A DNA stretch of 32,000 nt from Candidatus Jordarchaeales archaeon (GTDB lineage Archaea > Asgardarchaeota > Jordiarchaeia > Jordiarchaeales > Freyrarchaeaceae): positions 1 to 32,000 of the forward strand of contig JAWCFL010000021.1 of the NCBI GenBank assembly GCA_038858525.1. Direction: 5' to 3'. Position 1 is the first letter of the stretch. Every line of letters starts with the position of its first letter. Below are positions 1-8,899 of this stretch, in pieces. The notes under the pieces were generated by a model, which had not been told where the DNA came from, did not search any database, and was given only the letters and a program-made list of their open reading frames with translations. The translations under genes and the position numbers were made by a program.

Positions 1-285
1 TTTAGATTTGGCGTAACTCAGTAAACTTTGCTTCTGCCCCTCCAAATCCCCCTTCTGTTTCTGGTCATGAGGGGAAACTCTAGCATAAATCACGGCTTTT
101 TTGGACATGACTGTTTTAACAATACCCATCAAACGCTCAACTTCACTTTCAGGTATCCTCCTCCTACCACCAACAGTCCTAACAACTCTGATCTTCCCCT
201 GTTTATCCCATTTTCTAGGCGTATTTGGATGAATGCTCAACCTCTCGCAGGCTTCGCTGAGCGTCAGCAACCTCTCAATCATCAT
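1..285 (-). CDS. tnpA: IS607-family serine transposase TnpA (MerR-like HTH + serine recombinase), 5' part; runs off the window edge
   Basis: Not in the ORF track. Manual translation of the minus strand from ATG at 285: MMIERLLTLSEACERLSIHPNTPRKWDKQGKIRVVRTVGGRRRIPESEVERLMGIVKTVMSKKAVIYARVSPHDQKQKGDLEGQKQSLLSYAKSK. It has the HTH with TxGGRRR, then the YARVS catalytic Ser motif and DLxxQ, typical of IS607 TnpA. Confidence 0.92.
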   Translation of the reverse strand, partial: MMIERLLTLSEACERLSIHPNTPRKWDKQGKIRVVRTVGGRRRIPESEVERLMGIVKTVMSKKAVIYARVSPHDQKQKGDLEGQKQSLLSYAKSK

Positions 286-293
286 ACAAAAAT

Positions 294-317
294 GTTAAGA
301 AGTGTTATATAAAGTTA
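294..317. repeat. Three GTTA motifs at exact 10-bp spacing just upstream of tnpA
   Basis: GTTA at 294, 304 and 314 (aatGTTAagaagtGTTAtataaaGTTAtct). Confidence 0.5.
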
Positions 318-734
318 TCTATTCAGGAACTGATGCAAACCCATAATTACACTGCTCGTCGTTTATTCATCACCAATCCTTTTCATTCGTTTTCTTAGTG
401 GGCGGTTTCGAAGCTCAATTTGCTACCCTTTCGCCGCCGTCATCCTACAGTGCCGAAGAACTCGTCTTCTAAGCAACTCCAAATTAATCGTACTCAAATA
501 AAAAATTAAGAGAGCCCTCAGAGTTCTCTCCAATAAATTATCCCAGCAGTAAAGACCGATCGGATAAAAACCTTAAGTTAACAAAGGTCCTTTCTATAAG
601 ATATTTCTTCGGCTTTTTGCTTAAACAGTTAATGTTTTTTGTTTTATTTTCTGGTTACGCTTTGTAAACGCAACAATTTAAGAAGGAAAGTGTTTAAGTG
701 TGTTTATTTTTTGTTATTTGTTGGGGGTTTCGTC

Positions 735-1226
735 TTGTCGTATCCATTTAGGCTTGTAGGTGTGTCTGGAACTTTTGATAGGCTTCATAGAGGGCATAGA
801 TTTTTGCTGAGTAAAGCCTTAGAAATGGGGGAGCGGGTGATGGTTGGTTTAACTTCTGATGAAATGTGCTCTGGAAAGCAGCTTTCGAGTAAAATTGAGC
901 CATTTGAAGTTAGACGCGCAAAATTGGAACAGTTCTTCAAAGAAGTGGGCGCCGCCTCAAGAGTTGAAATAATCACGCTTAATGACCCCTACGGACCAGC
1001 AATCGAGGATTCAGGACTCGAAGCTATCGTCGCAGGCGAAGATGTAGCCTGGCGTGTAGAAGAGATTAACAAAATTAGGGAAAAGAAAGGTTTGTCTCCG
1101 CTAAAACTTATAGTTGTTAAGCTAGTGAAGGCTAGTGACGGCGAACGGATAAGTAGCACTCGAATAAGAAAAGGTGAAATAGACGAGGAAGGTCGCCTTC
1201 AAAAGGTTACGTTCTCGTCTGATTAA
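735..1226 (+). CDS. coaD: Archaeal phosphopantetheine adenylyltransferase
   Basis: GTFDRLHRGH (HxGH) nucleotidyltransferase motif, GLTSD, and the C-terminal ISSTRIRKGEID motif. Start moved to TTG 735, after a GGGGG SD-like run; the ORF-track start at 639 adds a non-homologous extension. Confidence 0.9.
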   Translation: MSYPFRLVGVSGTFDRLHRGHRFLLSKALEMGERVMVGLTSDEMCSGKQLSSKIEPFEVRRAKLEQFFKEVGAASRVEIITLNDPYGPAIEDSGLEAIVAGEDVAWRVEEINKIREKKGLSPLKLIVVKLVKASDGERISSTRIRKGEIDEEGRLQKVTFSSD

Positions 1227-1367
1227 ATGGACAATGAGTACCCCTCTAACGTCTCTCTTTTACTGATTCTCCTTATATGTTGTCCATTTCCTCCATAACT
1301 TTTTTAACGTTTCTCGATTTTCTAATCCCTTTGAAGGTTACGCAGCGTAGGTAAAGGAGGGTTTCGA

Positions 1368-2897
1368 TTGTCTCTTTCCTTTGAAGGTCTTCGTGAAGTT
1401 GACATCAGGATCCTTCGCTTTTTAGCTGAGCAAGGTGATAAATCACGGCTGAACGATGTACTGGAGAGAACAGGTATTGAGCATGCTGCGCTCGTGAAAT
1501 CTCTAGCTTGGCTTGAAGAGAAAGGCTTTGTGTCTGTTGAGCGCATTGAGTTAGAGTTTTTTTCTCTCACCGATGAAGGTATGCATTACGCTTCTTCTAG
1601 TCTTCCAGAAAGAAAACTTTTAAACTTCCTCATTGAAAGAGGTGGGAAAGCCACTCTAAATGACGTTTTAAAGGCAGGCGTTATCCCTGAACCCATGGTT
1701 AACGTTGCCATTGGGTGGGCGCGGCGTAAAGGATGGATCGAAGTTTTAAAAATGGATAACGAAACCATTATCAACGCTTTATGTACTTCTCCTCCGAGAG
1801 GCTCCGATGAGCTTCTCTTAGAATTCCTTTTAAAGAAGAAAAGCGCAAAGCGGTCAGAGTTGCCTGAAGAACTAGTCTCTGCAATCGATTTACTTTATAA
1901 ACGTAACTTGTTAGAGAAACGTAGTGAAACTGAAGTTTTTGTGTGGATAACAAGTAATGGCACCGCACTCTTAGAAAGTGGTGTTGAGGCAGATGAGGGA
2001 ATAAGCTTACTAACCCCAGACCTCATAAGGACGCAGGCTTGGAAAAATGTTAAGCTAAAAAAGTTCAACGTTGAGGCGCCTACCAAGCCTGTTTATCCGG
2101 GAAAGCTACATCCCATAATTCAGCTCATTAATGAGATAAGAGAAATTTTTCTGAGTATGGGATTCGAAGAGATTAGAGGTCCTCTCGTGGAGTCTGCTTT
2201 CTGGAACTTTGATGCGCTCTTCACCCCACAGGACCATCCAGCACGTGAGATGCACGATACTTTTTACCTTAAAAAACCATCTACAGTTCGGTTACCAAGA
2301 GAAGAATTGGTTTACAGAGTAGCTAAGACTCATGAAAATGGATGGAAGACTGGGTCAAAGGGATGGGGATACTCCTGGAAAACGGAGCTTGCTCAACAAG
2401 CAATCCTAAGAACGCATACCACAGCTACAACTATACGGTATCTTGCAGAGCACGGAACACCTCCTGTGAAAGTTTTCTCGGTAGATAGAGTTTACAGAAA
2501 TGAGAGAGTGGACTATAAGCATCTCGCGGAGTTTCATCAGATAGAAGGGATAATAGTTGACAAGAATGTAACATTAAGGGACTTGATGGGTGTGCTGAGG
2601 GAATTTTATTGGAAGCTCGGGTTTAAAAAGGTTCAATTTTGGCCTAGTTTCTTCCCGTATACTGAACCTTCGATTCAATCAACGGTTTATGTTGACGAGT
2701 ATAGAGCTTGGGTGGAACTCTGTGGCGCAGGAATATTCAGGCCCGAGGTTACTGTACCCCTTGGGGTCAGAGTTCCTGTTTTAGCTTGGGGAGGCGGGTT
2801 TGAGAGGATCGCTATGCTTCGACTTGGGCTAGATGATATAAGAGACCTCTATAGGAACTCCTTAGGGTGGCTGAGGCAAACCTCGGTCATACTTTAG
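1368..2897 (+). CDS. pheS: Phenylalanyl-tRNA synthetase alpha subunit (archaeal/eukaryal long form)
   Basis: WNFDALFTPQDHPAREMHDTF, LRTHTT, FHQIEG, FPYTEPS and AWGGGFERIAM motifs; N-terminal winged-helix domains; GGAGG SD before a TTG start. Confidence 0.97.
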   Translation: MSLSFEGLREVDIRILRFLAEQGDKSRLNDVLERTGIEHAALVKSLAWLEEKGFVSVERIELEFFSLTDEGMHYASSSLPERKLLNFLIERGGKATLNDVLKAGVIPEPMVNVAIGWARRKGWIEVLKMDNETIINALCTSPPRGSDELLLEFLLKKKSAKRSELPEELVSAIDLLYKRNLLEKRSETEVFVWITSNGTALLESGVEADEGISLLTPDLIRTQAWKNVKLKKFNVEAPTKPVYPGKLHPIIQLINEIREIFLSMGFEEIRGPLVESAFWNFDALFTPQDHPAREMHDTFYLKKPSTVRLPREELVYRVAKTHENGWKTGSKGWGYSWKTELAQQAILRTHTTATTIRYLAEHGTPPVKVFSVDRVYRNERVDYKHLAEFHQIEGIIVDKNVTLRDLMGVLREFYWKLGFKKVQFWPSFFPYTEPSIQSTVYVDEYRAWVELCGAGIFRPEVTVPLGVRVPVLAWGGGFERIAMLRLGLDDIRDLYRNSLGWLRQTSVIL

Positions 2898-2910
2898 AGG
2901 GGGTGAAGGA

Positions 2911-4569
2911 ATGCCGACTCTCGTACTTAAGGTGAAGAGGATGAGTGAGCTTCTCGGTCGTGAAATCACAGTGGAGGAGCTTGAACGGGTTGTTCCTTGG
3001 CTTGGTGTAGATATAGAGAACGTTGGCAGTGATTATGTTAAAATAGAGTATAACCCGAATAGGCCAGACTTTTCAAGCCAAGAGGGAGTAGCCCGAGCCC
3101 TGAGAGGCTTCATGGAGATAGAAACCGGGCTTCCAAGGTACAATGTTGAATCAGGGTCGGTAGTTTTAAAGGTTGACCCTTCTGTTCGCCCTATTCGACC
3201 GTGGATCGTCTGCGGCGTGGTTCGTGGACTTAAGCTGGATGAGGAACGCATAGTTGAAATTATAGAAATGGAGGAAGCGCTCGATTGGGCGATAGGTCGA
3301 AACAGAGCGATATCTTCGATAGGGCTTCACAATCTTGACGCTGTTAAGCCTCCCTTCAAGTATCATGCAGTGTTGCCCGACGAGATCCGTTTCGTTCCAT
3401 TGGATATGGAGACAGAAATGACGCCTAGAGAAATTCTGAATGTTCATCCTAAAGGAATAACATATAGACATATATTAGAAGGCGCTGAGCGTTACCCGAT
3501 AATAACTGATCGGGAAGGTAATGTTCTCTCCTTTCCCCCGATCATAAACGGAGTCCTAACACGTATTACTGAGAACACGAGAAATCTTTTTATAGACTTG
3601 ACTGGCACACGGCTAGAAGCTGTCTCTGCTGCATTAAACATCCTCGTAACAACGTTTGCAGATATGGGAGGGCGTTTAGAATCTGTAACGGTAGAGTACC
3701 CTGATAAGACGTTAATTGTTCCCAATTTGTCTCCTTCAAGGTGGACGTTAAGCGTTAAGAATACAAATAAACTTCTAGGTTTAAAGTTAAAGCCCGAGCA
3801 AATCGCTAGATGTCTAGAGAAAATGCGGCTTGGCGTTGAGCACGTTGGAAAGGAGCTTTCAGTGCTGGTTCCAGCTTACCGATACGACATAATGCATGAA
3901 GTCGACCTAATAGAGGAAGTGGCTATAGGATATGGTTACTTTAACCTGGAGCCTACGCTTCCAAGCACGGTCACTATAGCTCTAGAGAATCCCATTCAAA
4001 AACTTTCAAATAAAGTGCGAATGATAATGATTGGCTTCGGCTTTACAGAAGTCATCAGTTCTACTCTTGCGAATTATAAAGAGCACTTTGAGTACATGAT
4101 GGTTAAAGGCGATCCTGTTAGAATACTTAACCCTGTTAGCGCTGAGTATGATATACTTCGCTCCTCGCTTATTCCCTGCCTCCTAAAAGTTTTAAGCAAC
4201 AACAAGCATGAAGCCTTCCCACAAATAATTTTTGAGGTAGGAGACATCGTCGTGCCTGACGACGATGCAGAAACAGGAGCTAAACGCTTATTACACCTCG
4301 CAGGAGTGATGACGCATAGCGAAGCAGGTTTCACAGAAATTAAGTCGGTTGCCGAAGGAGTGCTCAGAGAGATGGGTGTTAAAAACTACACTTTCAAGGC
4401 TACAGACCACCCCAGCTTTATTCCAGGAAGGTGTGCCGAAGTGAGAGTAAATGGAAACACTATAGGCATTGTTGGAGAGATACATCCAAAAGTATTAAAT
4501 AATTTCGAATTGGAATACCCCGTAGGGGCGTTCGAGTACGATTTACAGTTTCTTTTAGAGCGTGATTAG
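2911..4569 (+). CDS. pheT: Phenylalanyl-tRNA synthetase beta subunit
   Basis: NRPDFSS, SFPPIING, YRYDIMHEVDLIEEVAIGYG and FIPGRCA motifs; directly follows pheS. Confidence 0.97.
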   Translation: MPTLVLKVKRMSELLGREITVEELERVVPWLGVDIENVGSDYVKIEYNPNRPDFSSQEGVARALRGFMEIETGLPRYNVESGSVVLKVDPSVRPIRPWIVCGVVRGLKLDEERIVEIIEMEEALDWAIGRNRAISSIGLHNLDAVKPPFKYHAVLPDEIRFVPLDMETEMTPREILNVHPKGITYRHILEGAERYPIITDREGNVLSFPPIINGVLTRITENTRNLFIDLTGTRLEAVSAALNILVTTFADMGGRLESVTVEYPDKTLIVPNLSPSRWTLSVKNTNKLLGLKLKPEQIARCLEKMRLGVEHVGKELSVLVPAYRYDIMHEVDLIEEVAIGYGYFNLEPTLPSTVTIALENPIQKLSNKVRMIMIGFGFTEVISSTLANYKEHFEYMMVKGDPVRILNPVSAEYDILRSSLIPCLLKVLSNNKHEAFPQIIFEVGDIVVPDDDAETGAKRLLHLAGVMTHSEAGFTEIKSVAEGVLREMGVKNYTFKATDHPSFIPGRCAEVRVNGNTIGIVGEIHPKVLNNFELEYPVGAFEYDLQFLLERD

Positions 4570-4571
4570 CG

Positions 4572-5120
4572 ATGGCGGCCAGAACAGCTGTTTTGGTCAT
4601 TGATATGCTAAAGGACTTCATAGAGGAAGGAGCAGTTTTAGAGGTCCCAAAAGGACGGGAAATCATTCCAAATATAAAGCGCCTAACGGATGAGGCGAGA
4701 AGTAAAGGCGCTCTAGTCATTTACGTATGTGACAGTCATGATCCGAATGATCCCGAATTTTCAAAGTGGCCTCCCCATGCTGTAGAAGGAACCAGCGGGG
4801 CAGAAGTTGTAGACCCAATTAAACCACAGAAAGGCGACGTTGTAGTTAAAAAACTCAAGTACGACGGCTTCCTTGGAACCACTTTAGACCTTATCCTGAG
4901 AAGCAGAAAAATAGGCGCTGTGATTTTAACCGGCGTCTTAACAAATATTTGCGTGCTATATACAGCGTCAACAGCATCCATGTTAGGTTACGACGTAGCT
5001 ATTCCACGGGACTGTGTAGCATCAACCAGTGATGAAGAGCATGAATGGGCTCTTCATCACATGAAAGACATACTCGGAATAAAGATCATTAACCTCAGGG
5101 AGGCGCTCGCCTCTCTTTAA
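4572..5120 (+). CDS. Isochorismatase-family cysteine hydrolase (nicotinamidase-like)
   Basis: VIDMLKDF (Asp), K-Y-D-G-F (Lys) and GVLTNICV (Cys) triad; D-S-H and WPPH metal ligands. Confidence 0.88.
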   Translation: MAARTAVLVIDMLKDFIEEGAVLEVPKGREIIPNIKRLTDEARSKGALVIYVCDSHDPNDPEFSKWPPHAVEGTSGAEVVDPIKPQKGDVVVKKLKYDGFLGTTLDLILRSRKIGAVILTGVLTNICVLYTASTASMLGYDVAIPRDCVASTSDEEHEWALHHMKDILGIKIINLREALASL

Positions 5121-5293
5121 AAAACGCAAGATAAAGATCTTACTTTCTTTTCTCGCATATATGTTCCCTTTTAAAAGCCTCCTCTTATATGTGATTTACA
5201 ATTTTTGTAAAAAATACCGTAAAATATATTGAAATATTATTCATTTTCTTTAAAGCGAAAGATTTTTATTAAGAAATTCTCCTATGAAAGATG

Positions 5294-5411
5294 GGGTGGG
5301 CGGATGATGGCGCGAAAACCCCAGAACTATTTCTGTTTCGTGTGGTTTTATCCCCCCTCCCCCTCACTGCAGAAATAGACAAAATGGGGTTGTGAAACCG
5401 CCCGCCCACCC
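5294..5411. ncRNA. Candidate structured RNA or miniature element (three nested perfect inverted repeats)
   Basis: GGGTGGGCGG 5294-5303 pairs with CCGCCCACCC 5402-5411; AACCCCA 5317-5323 with TGGGGTT 5385-5391; CTATTTCTG 5327-5335 with CAGAAATAG 5370-5378. GC-rich island in an AT-rich intergenic region. Confidence 0.45.
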
Positions 5412-5465
5412 GAAACATTTTACAAGAACTTCTCCTCTTTTCTTCTTATAGAAGACCCTATCGGG

Positions 5466-6627
5466 ATGAGGTTCATGTGGCGTGCTATAAGGCCAGACTC
5501 CATCAGTGTTTGGAGCAATGAGCAGGTTCTAACTCGACTTAAGCGCTACTACGCTGTCCTTAAAGATGAAAAACCGGCTAAAATGCTTGTGGCCAGAAAA
5601 GTGGAAATTGAAGACGACCTCAACGTTCCAACAGACAAACTCTGGCATCAACACCAAAGGGCTAGTGGAAAGTTCCGTAGCCTTCTCAAAGAAGTAGACC
5701 AAGGTAAAATTAATCTAAAAGATTTAGACACTCCGAAAACCTCGTACTTAGACCTAAAATTGGAGCTTGCTAGGCGAATACTGGCAAGCTGCCACTTCTG
5801 TGAAAGAAGGTGCGGCGTGAACAGACTGGAAGGCAAACATGGCGCCTGTCAGCTTAACGCAAAGGCGTACGTCTCTTCAGCATTCCTTCACTTTGGAGAA
5901 GAAGCTCCACTAGTGCCATCAGGCACAAACGCCCGAGTTTCTCTCTGGCGGTGCAATCTTCTTCAACATGTGCACGTTTAAGTGTGTCTTTTGTCAGAAC
6001 CACGATATCTCTACGGCAATAGATGGCGTTGAGGTAAACGGAGAGAAACTAGCTAGTTTAGCTCGCCACCTTAAGAGAGAAGGCGCACGAAACATAAATT
6101 ACGTCGGTGGAGACCCAACTCCTTCCGCTCATGTAATCCTTGAAGCCATAAGAAATCTCGCGTATACGGAGACAAACATTACTCAGCTTTGGAACTCTAA
6201 CTTTTACTGTAGCAAAGAGTTAATTATTCTTCTGCTTGACGTCATGGATTTCTGGCTTCCCGATTTTAAGTATGGAAACGACGAATGCGCTGAGCGTCTC
6301 TCCAAGGTTAAGCGTTACTTCGAAGTAGTATCAAGAAATCATAAGCTGGCATATGATGAGACAGTTGTAGAAGGCACTTCAGGCATGATCATACGCCACT
6401 TGGTTCTGCCAGGACATTTAGATTGTTGCACGAAGCCGATTTTGGAATGGATCGCTGAAAACACTCCGTTGGCTCTCGTGAATGTAATGTCGCAGTATCA
6501 CCCTGACTACCTAGTGCCTCAAAACCCTGATTACAGAGAAATAAATCGCAGAGTAACAGTTAAAGAAATGAAGGAAGCATACGAGTACGCAGACAAACTA
6601 GGTTTAGTATGGAGACCAGTCAGTTAA
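5466..6627 (+). CDS. pflX: PflX-like radical SAM protein, spliced gene join(5466..5928,5957..6627), 377 aa
   Basis: The ORF track shows two frames (5466-5981, 5968-6627). Removing 5929-5956 gives HFGEEAPLVPSGTIFFNMCTFKCVFCQN, the canonical PflX motif with CxxxCxxC. Also CHFCERRCGVNR, GGDPTP, DFWLPDFKYGNDECA, IIRHLVLPGH and NVMSQYHP. Confidence 0.88.
5929..5956 (+). other. 28-nt BHB-type mRNA intron in the pflX-like gene
   Basis: Central helix GCAC(5923-26)/GTGC(5951-54); 3-nt bulges AAA(5927-29) and AAT(5955-57); inner helix CGCC/GGCG plus GAG/CTC; outer helix AG/CT. Cuts after the second bulge nucleotide give ACA A|TC = Thr-Ile in frame. Confidence 0.88.
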
Positions 6628-6806
6628 ACTCTGTATTTCAAAAAGCATCATTTTTGCGCGTTGCTGTTTCGGGCATCTAACTTACGCCAACAACCCTCTG
6701 TTATTTAAGTCCGATATGACGTCGATTGTAATGATTCTTTTGGTTAAGGCCGATTTAAGCTTCGCCTTTATAATTTAAGTTGAGGGTGGGCGTCATTGCG
6801 TGATAA

Positions 6807-7835
6807 TCACCATTTTGTCTCCCTACATTCCCCGACAATTGCAATTTTTTCGTTGCAACGTGGGCATCTGCCATCCTTAAGGTTACATTTCTTTACTATG
6901 AAGCCGTATCTTTCGATCACTTTTTCGTTACACTTCGGACAGTAAGTGTCCTCTCCTTCCCCAGGCATGTTTCCCATATACACGTAGTGTAACCCTTCCT
7001 CCCTCGCTAACTTCCACGCTTTGGCTATCGTTGAAGGAGGTGTGGGCGGAAGATTACTCAACTTATAGTGGGGGAAAAACCTTGAGAAGTGAACTGGCAT
7101 ATCTAATCCCGCGTTTTCCTTAACCCATCTGGCGAACTCTCTTATTTCTTCTTCGCTATCGTTCAGCGTTGGTATTATCAGGTAAGTCAACTCTACATGT
7201 ATCCCTTCCTCTTGCATAATAAGAATATTATCCAGCACTGGCTTTACGCTTGGCGCCTTGCAAATCTTTCTATAAAATTCATCTTTCATTGATTTGACAT
7301 CTACGTTTGCCGCGTCTATGTAAGGCGCAATTTCTCTGAGCGGTTCCTCCATTACGTAGCCGTTTGTTACAAGTACGTTCTTTATTCCCTCCTGATGAGC
7401 AAGTTTTGCCACATCGTAAACGAATTCATACCATATGAATGGCTCATTATACGTGTACGCTATAAATTTACTGCCGCTTCCCTTAATACGCCTAACTATT
7501 TCTTCTGGTGAGAAATCCCTTGTAAAACCACTTTCTATCGATGCTTGCGAAATCTCCCAGTTCTGACAGTTCTGGCAGTGGAGGTTGCAGCCGACAGTTG
7601 AAATGGAGAATATAGGCGAACCAGGATAAAAGTGGAATAAAGGCTTTTTCTCTATAGGGTCTACAGCCATTGATGAAACTGACCCATAAACCAAAGTGAA
7701 AAGCGTTCCTCCTCTGTTTTCTCGGACACCACAGCCCCCTCGTCTTCCTTCTTTAATAATGCATTTCTGAGGGCAAAGAAAACAAACAACCGTCCCATCG
7801 TCCTTAACCTCATAGAACAAGGCGTTCTTAATCAT
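6807..7835 (-). CDS. amrS: AmmeMemoRadiSam-system radical SAM enzyme
   Basis: N-terminal CxxCPxxC, DPIEKKPLFHFYPG, GCNLHCQNCQNWEISQ, YTYNEP, FSRFFPHYKL and C-terminal CPKC...CPRC. Confidence 0.92.
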   Translation of the reverse strand: MIKNALFYEVKDDGTVVCFLCPQKCIIKEGRRGGCGVRENRGGTLFTLVYGSVSSMAVDPIEKKPLFHFYPGSPIFSISTVGCNLHCQNCQNWEISQASIESGFTRDFSPEEIVRRIKGSGSKFIAYTYNEPFIWYEFVYDVAKLAHQEGIKNVLVTNGYVMEEPLREIAPYIDAANVDVKSMKDEFYRKICKAPSVKPVLDNILIMQEEGIHVELTYLIIPTLNDSEEEIREFARWVKENAGLDMPVHFSRFFPHYKLSNLPPTPPSTIAKAWKLAREEGLHYVYMGNMPGEGEDTYCPKCNEKVIERYGFIVKKCNLKDGRCPRCNEKIAIVGECRETKW

Positions 7836-8008
7836 AATCCTTCACACGCCCTCAAGATGTCTACCTTCGCCTATATTTATATTAACTTGGAGATATTTTT
7901 CAGTTTCGCAAAAGAAAAATAACAGTAGTCGTCCCCCAACAAAGTAACTAAAAAGTTTTTACGGGAAAGTGTTCAGTCTCCATTTAGAGAAAGAAATGGA
8001 GGGCCCGG

Positions 8009-8899
8009 ATGGACACGCCGGATAACACCGTGCTTGTTGCAGGATCCGCTTCTCAAATGCTGGCGGTCAGGATAGCCCGTGTCCTTGGGGTAAATATTGT
8101 CCCAGTATCCTCTAAACTTTTTCCTGATGGTGAACTTTACATACGTCTTCTTTCATCACTTAATGGGCGCAAGGTAATTATTGTCCAGTCGACTCCTCCC
8201 CCTCAAAACTCAAATCTGCTCGAGCTCTTTTTTCTCATTAACACTGCTGTAGAGCAAGGTGCAGAGAAAGTCGTTGCTGTGGTGCCTTACTTCGCGTATG
8301 CCCGGCAGGACAAAGAGTTCCTCCCAGGGGAGGCCGTTAGTGGGCGTTATGTGTGCCGCATGTTAAGGCATTGTGGCGCCGACATGGTGGTGACCGTAAA
8401 CATTCATAATAGACGTATATTTGATGGTACTGGTATGCCCTTTATTGACTTGAACGCGGTGCCTTTGATAGCGGAACACTTTAAGAACTTCTCATTAAAG
8501 AACCCTATGGTTTTAGCGCCTGATGAAGGCGCGATAGAGGAAGGAAAACTGGTTTCAGAGATGCTCGGTTGTTCTTTCGCTTTCCTCAAAAAAGAGAGAG
8601 ATAAGCATACTGGGGAGATTGTCACTGAGGAGAAACAAATGGAACTTAAGGGAAGAGACGTGCTAGTGATTGATGACATAATAAGTACTGGGGGGACTAT
8701 GGTTAATGCTGTTTCCATAGCTGCTAGGCAGGGTGCAAGAAACATATACGTTGCCTGCGTTCATCCTTTACTAGTAGGGGAAGCCCGTCTCAGAATACTT
8801 AGCGCGGGTGCAAAGGAAATAGTTGGAACTGATAGTGTGCCAAGTGATGTAAGCCTTATCTCTCTAGCTTCTTTAATTGCTGGTGCGTTAAAAAATTGA
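8009..8899 (+). CDS. prs: Ribose-phosphate pyrophosphokinase
   Basis: FPDGELYIR, PYFAYARQD, APDEGA and VIDDIISTGGT (PRPP-binding) motifs. Confidence 0.95.
   Translation: MDTPDNTVLVAGSASQMLAVRIARVLGVNIVPVSSKLFPDGELYIRLLSSLNGRKVIIVQSTPPPQNSNLLELFFLINTAVEQGAEKVVAVVPYFAYARQDKEFLPGEAVSGRYVCRMLRHCGADMVVTVNIHNRRIFDGTGMPFIDLNAVPLIAEHFKNFSLKNPMVLAPDEGAIEEGKLVSEMLGCSFAFLKKERDKHTGEIVTEEKQMELKGRDVLVIDDIISTGGTMVNAVSIAARQGARNIYVACVHPLLVGEARLRILSAGAKEIVGTDSVPSDVSLISLASLIAGALKN

Larger units (their letters stand above)
1..320 (-). mobile_element. IS607-family element, left-end portion (exact boundary not determined)
   Basis: tnpA at 1-285 plus an AT-rich upstream segment with phased short repeats. Any tnpB would lie beyond the window edge. 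Confidence 0.7.

Noticed and set aside
28-312. 94-aa plus-strand ORF in the track
   Set aside because: It is the antisense shadow of the IS607 tnpA on the minus strand and has no recognisable motifs.
330-638. Hidden gene or array in the intergenic stretch after the IS end
   Set aside because: Only short stop-interrupted frames, with no regular repeat-spacer pattern. A GGGCGGTTTC match to the 5294 element is short enough to be chance.
639-734. Long N-terminal extensions in the ORF track for coaD (also lysS, rrp4, psmA)
   Set aside because: They are non-homologous and have no SD. Downstream TTG/ATG codons with SD motifs match the family N-termini.
5294-5411. Fluoride riboswitch, canonical C/D or H/ACA guide, or SECIS
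   Set aside because: The fluoride consensus and pseudoknot are not matched, the K-turn pairing is off by extra As and a G.G pair, the ACA-to-pocket distance does not fit, and no in-frame UGA selenoprotein is nearby. Kept only as an unassigned structure.
5466-6627. Two independent genes (5466-5981 and 5968-6627), a pseudogene, or a programmed frameshift
   Set aside because: There are 28 extra non-homologous nucleotides between SGT and IFF, not a 1-nt slip. They form an exact BHB, both halves are otherwise intact, and I saw no slippery heptamer.
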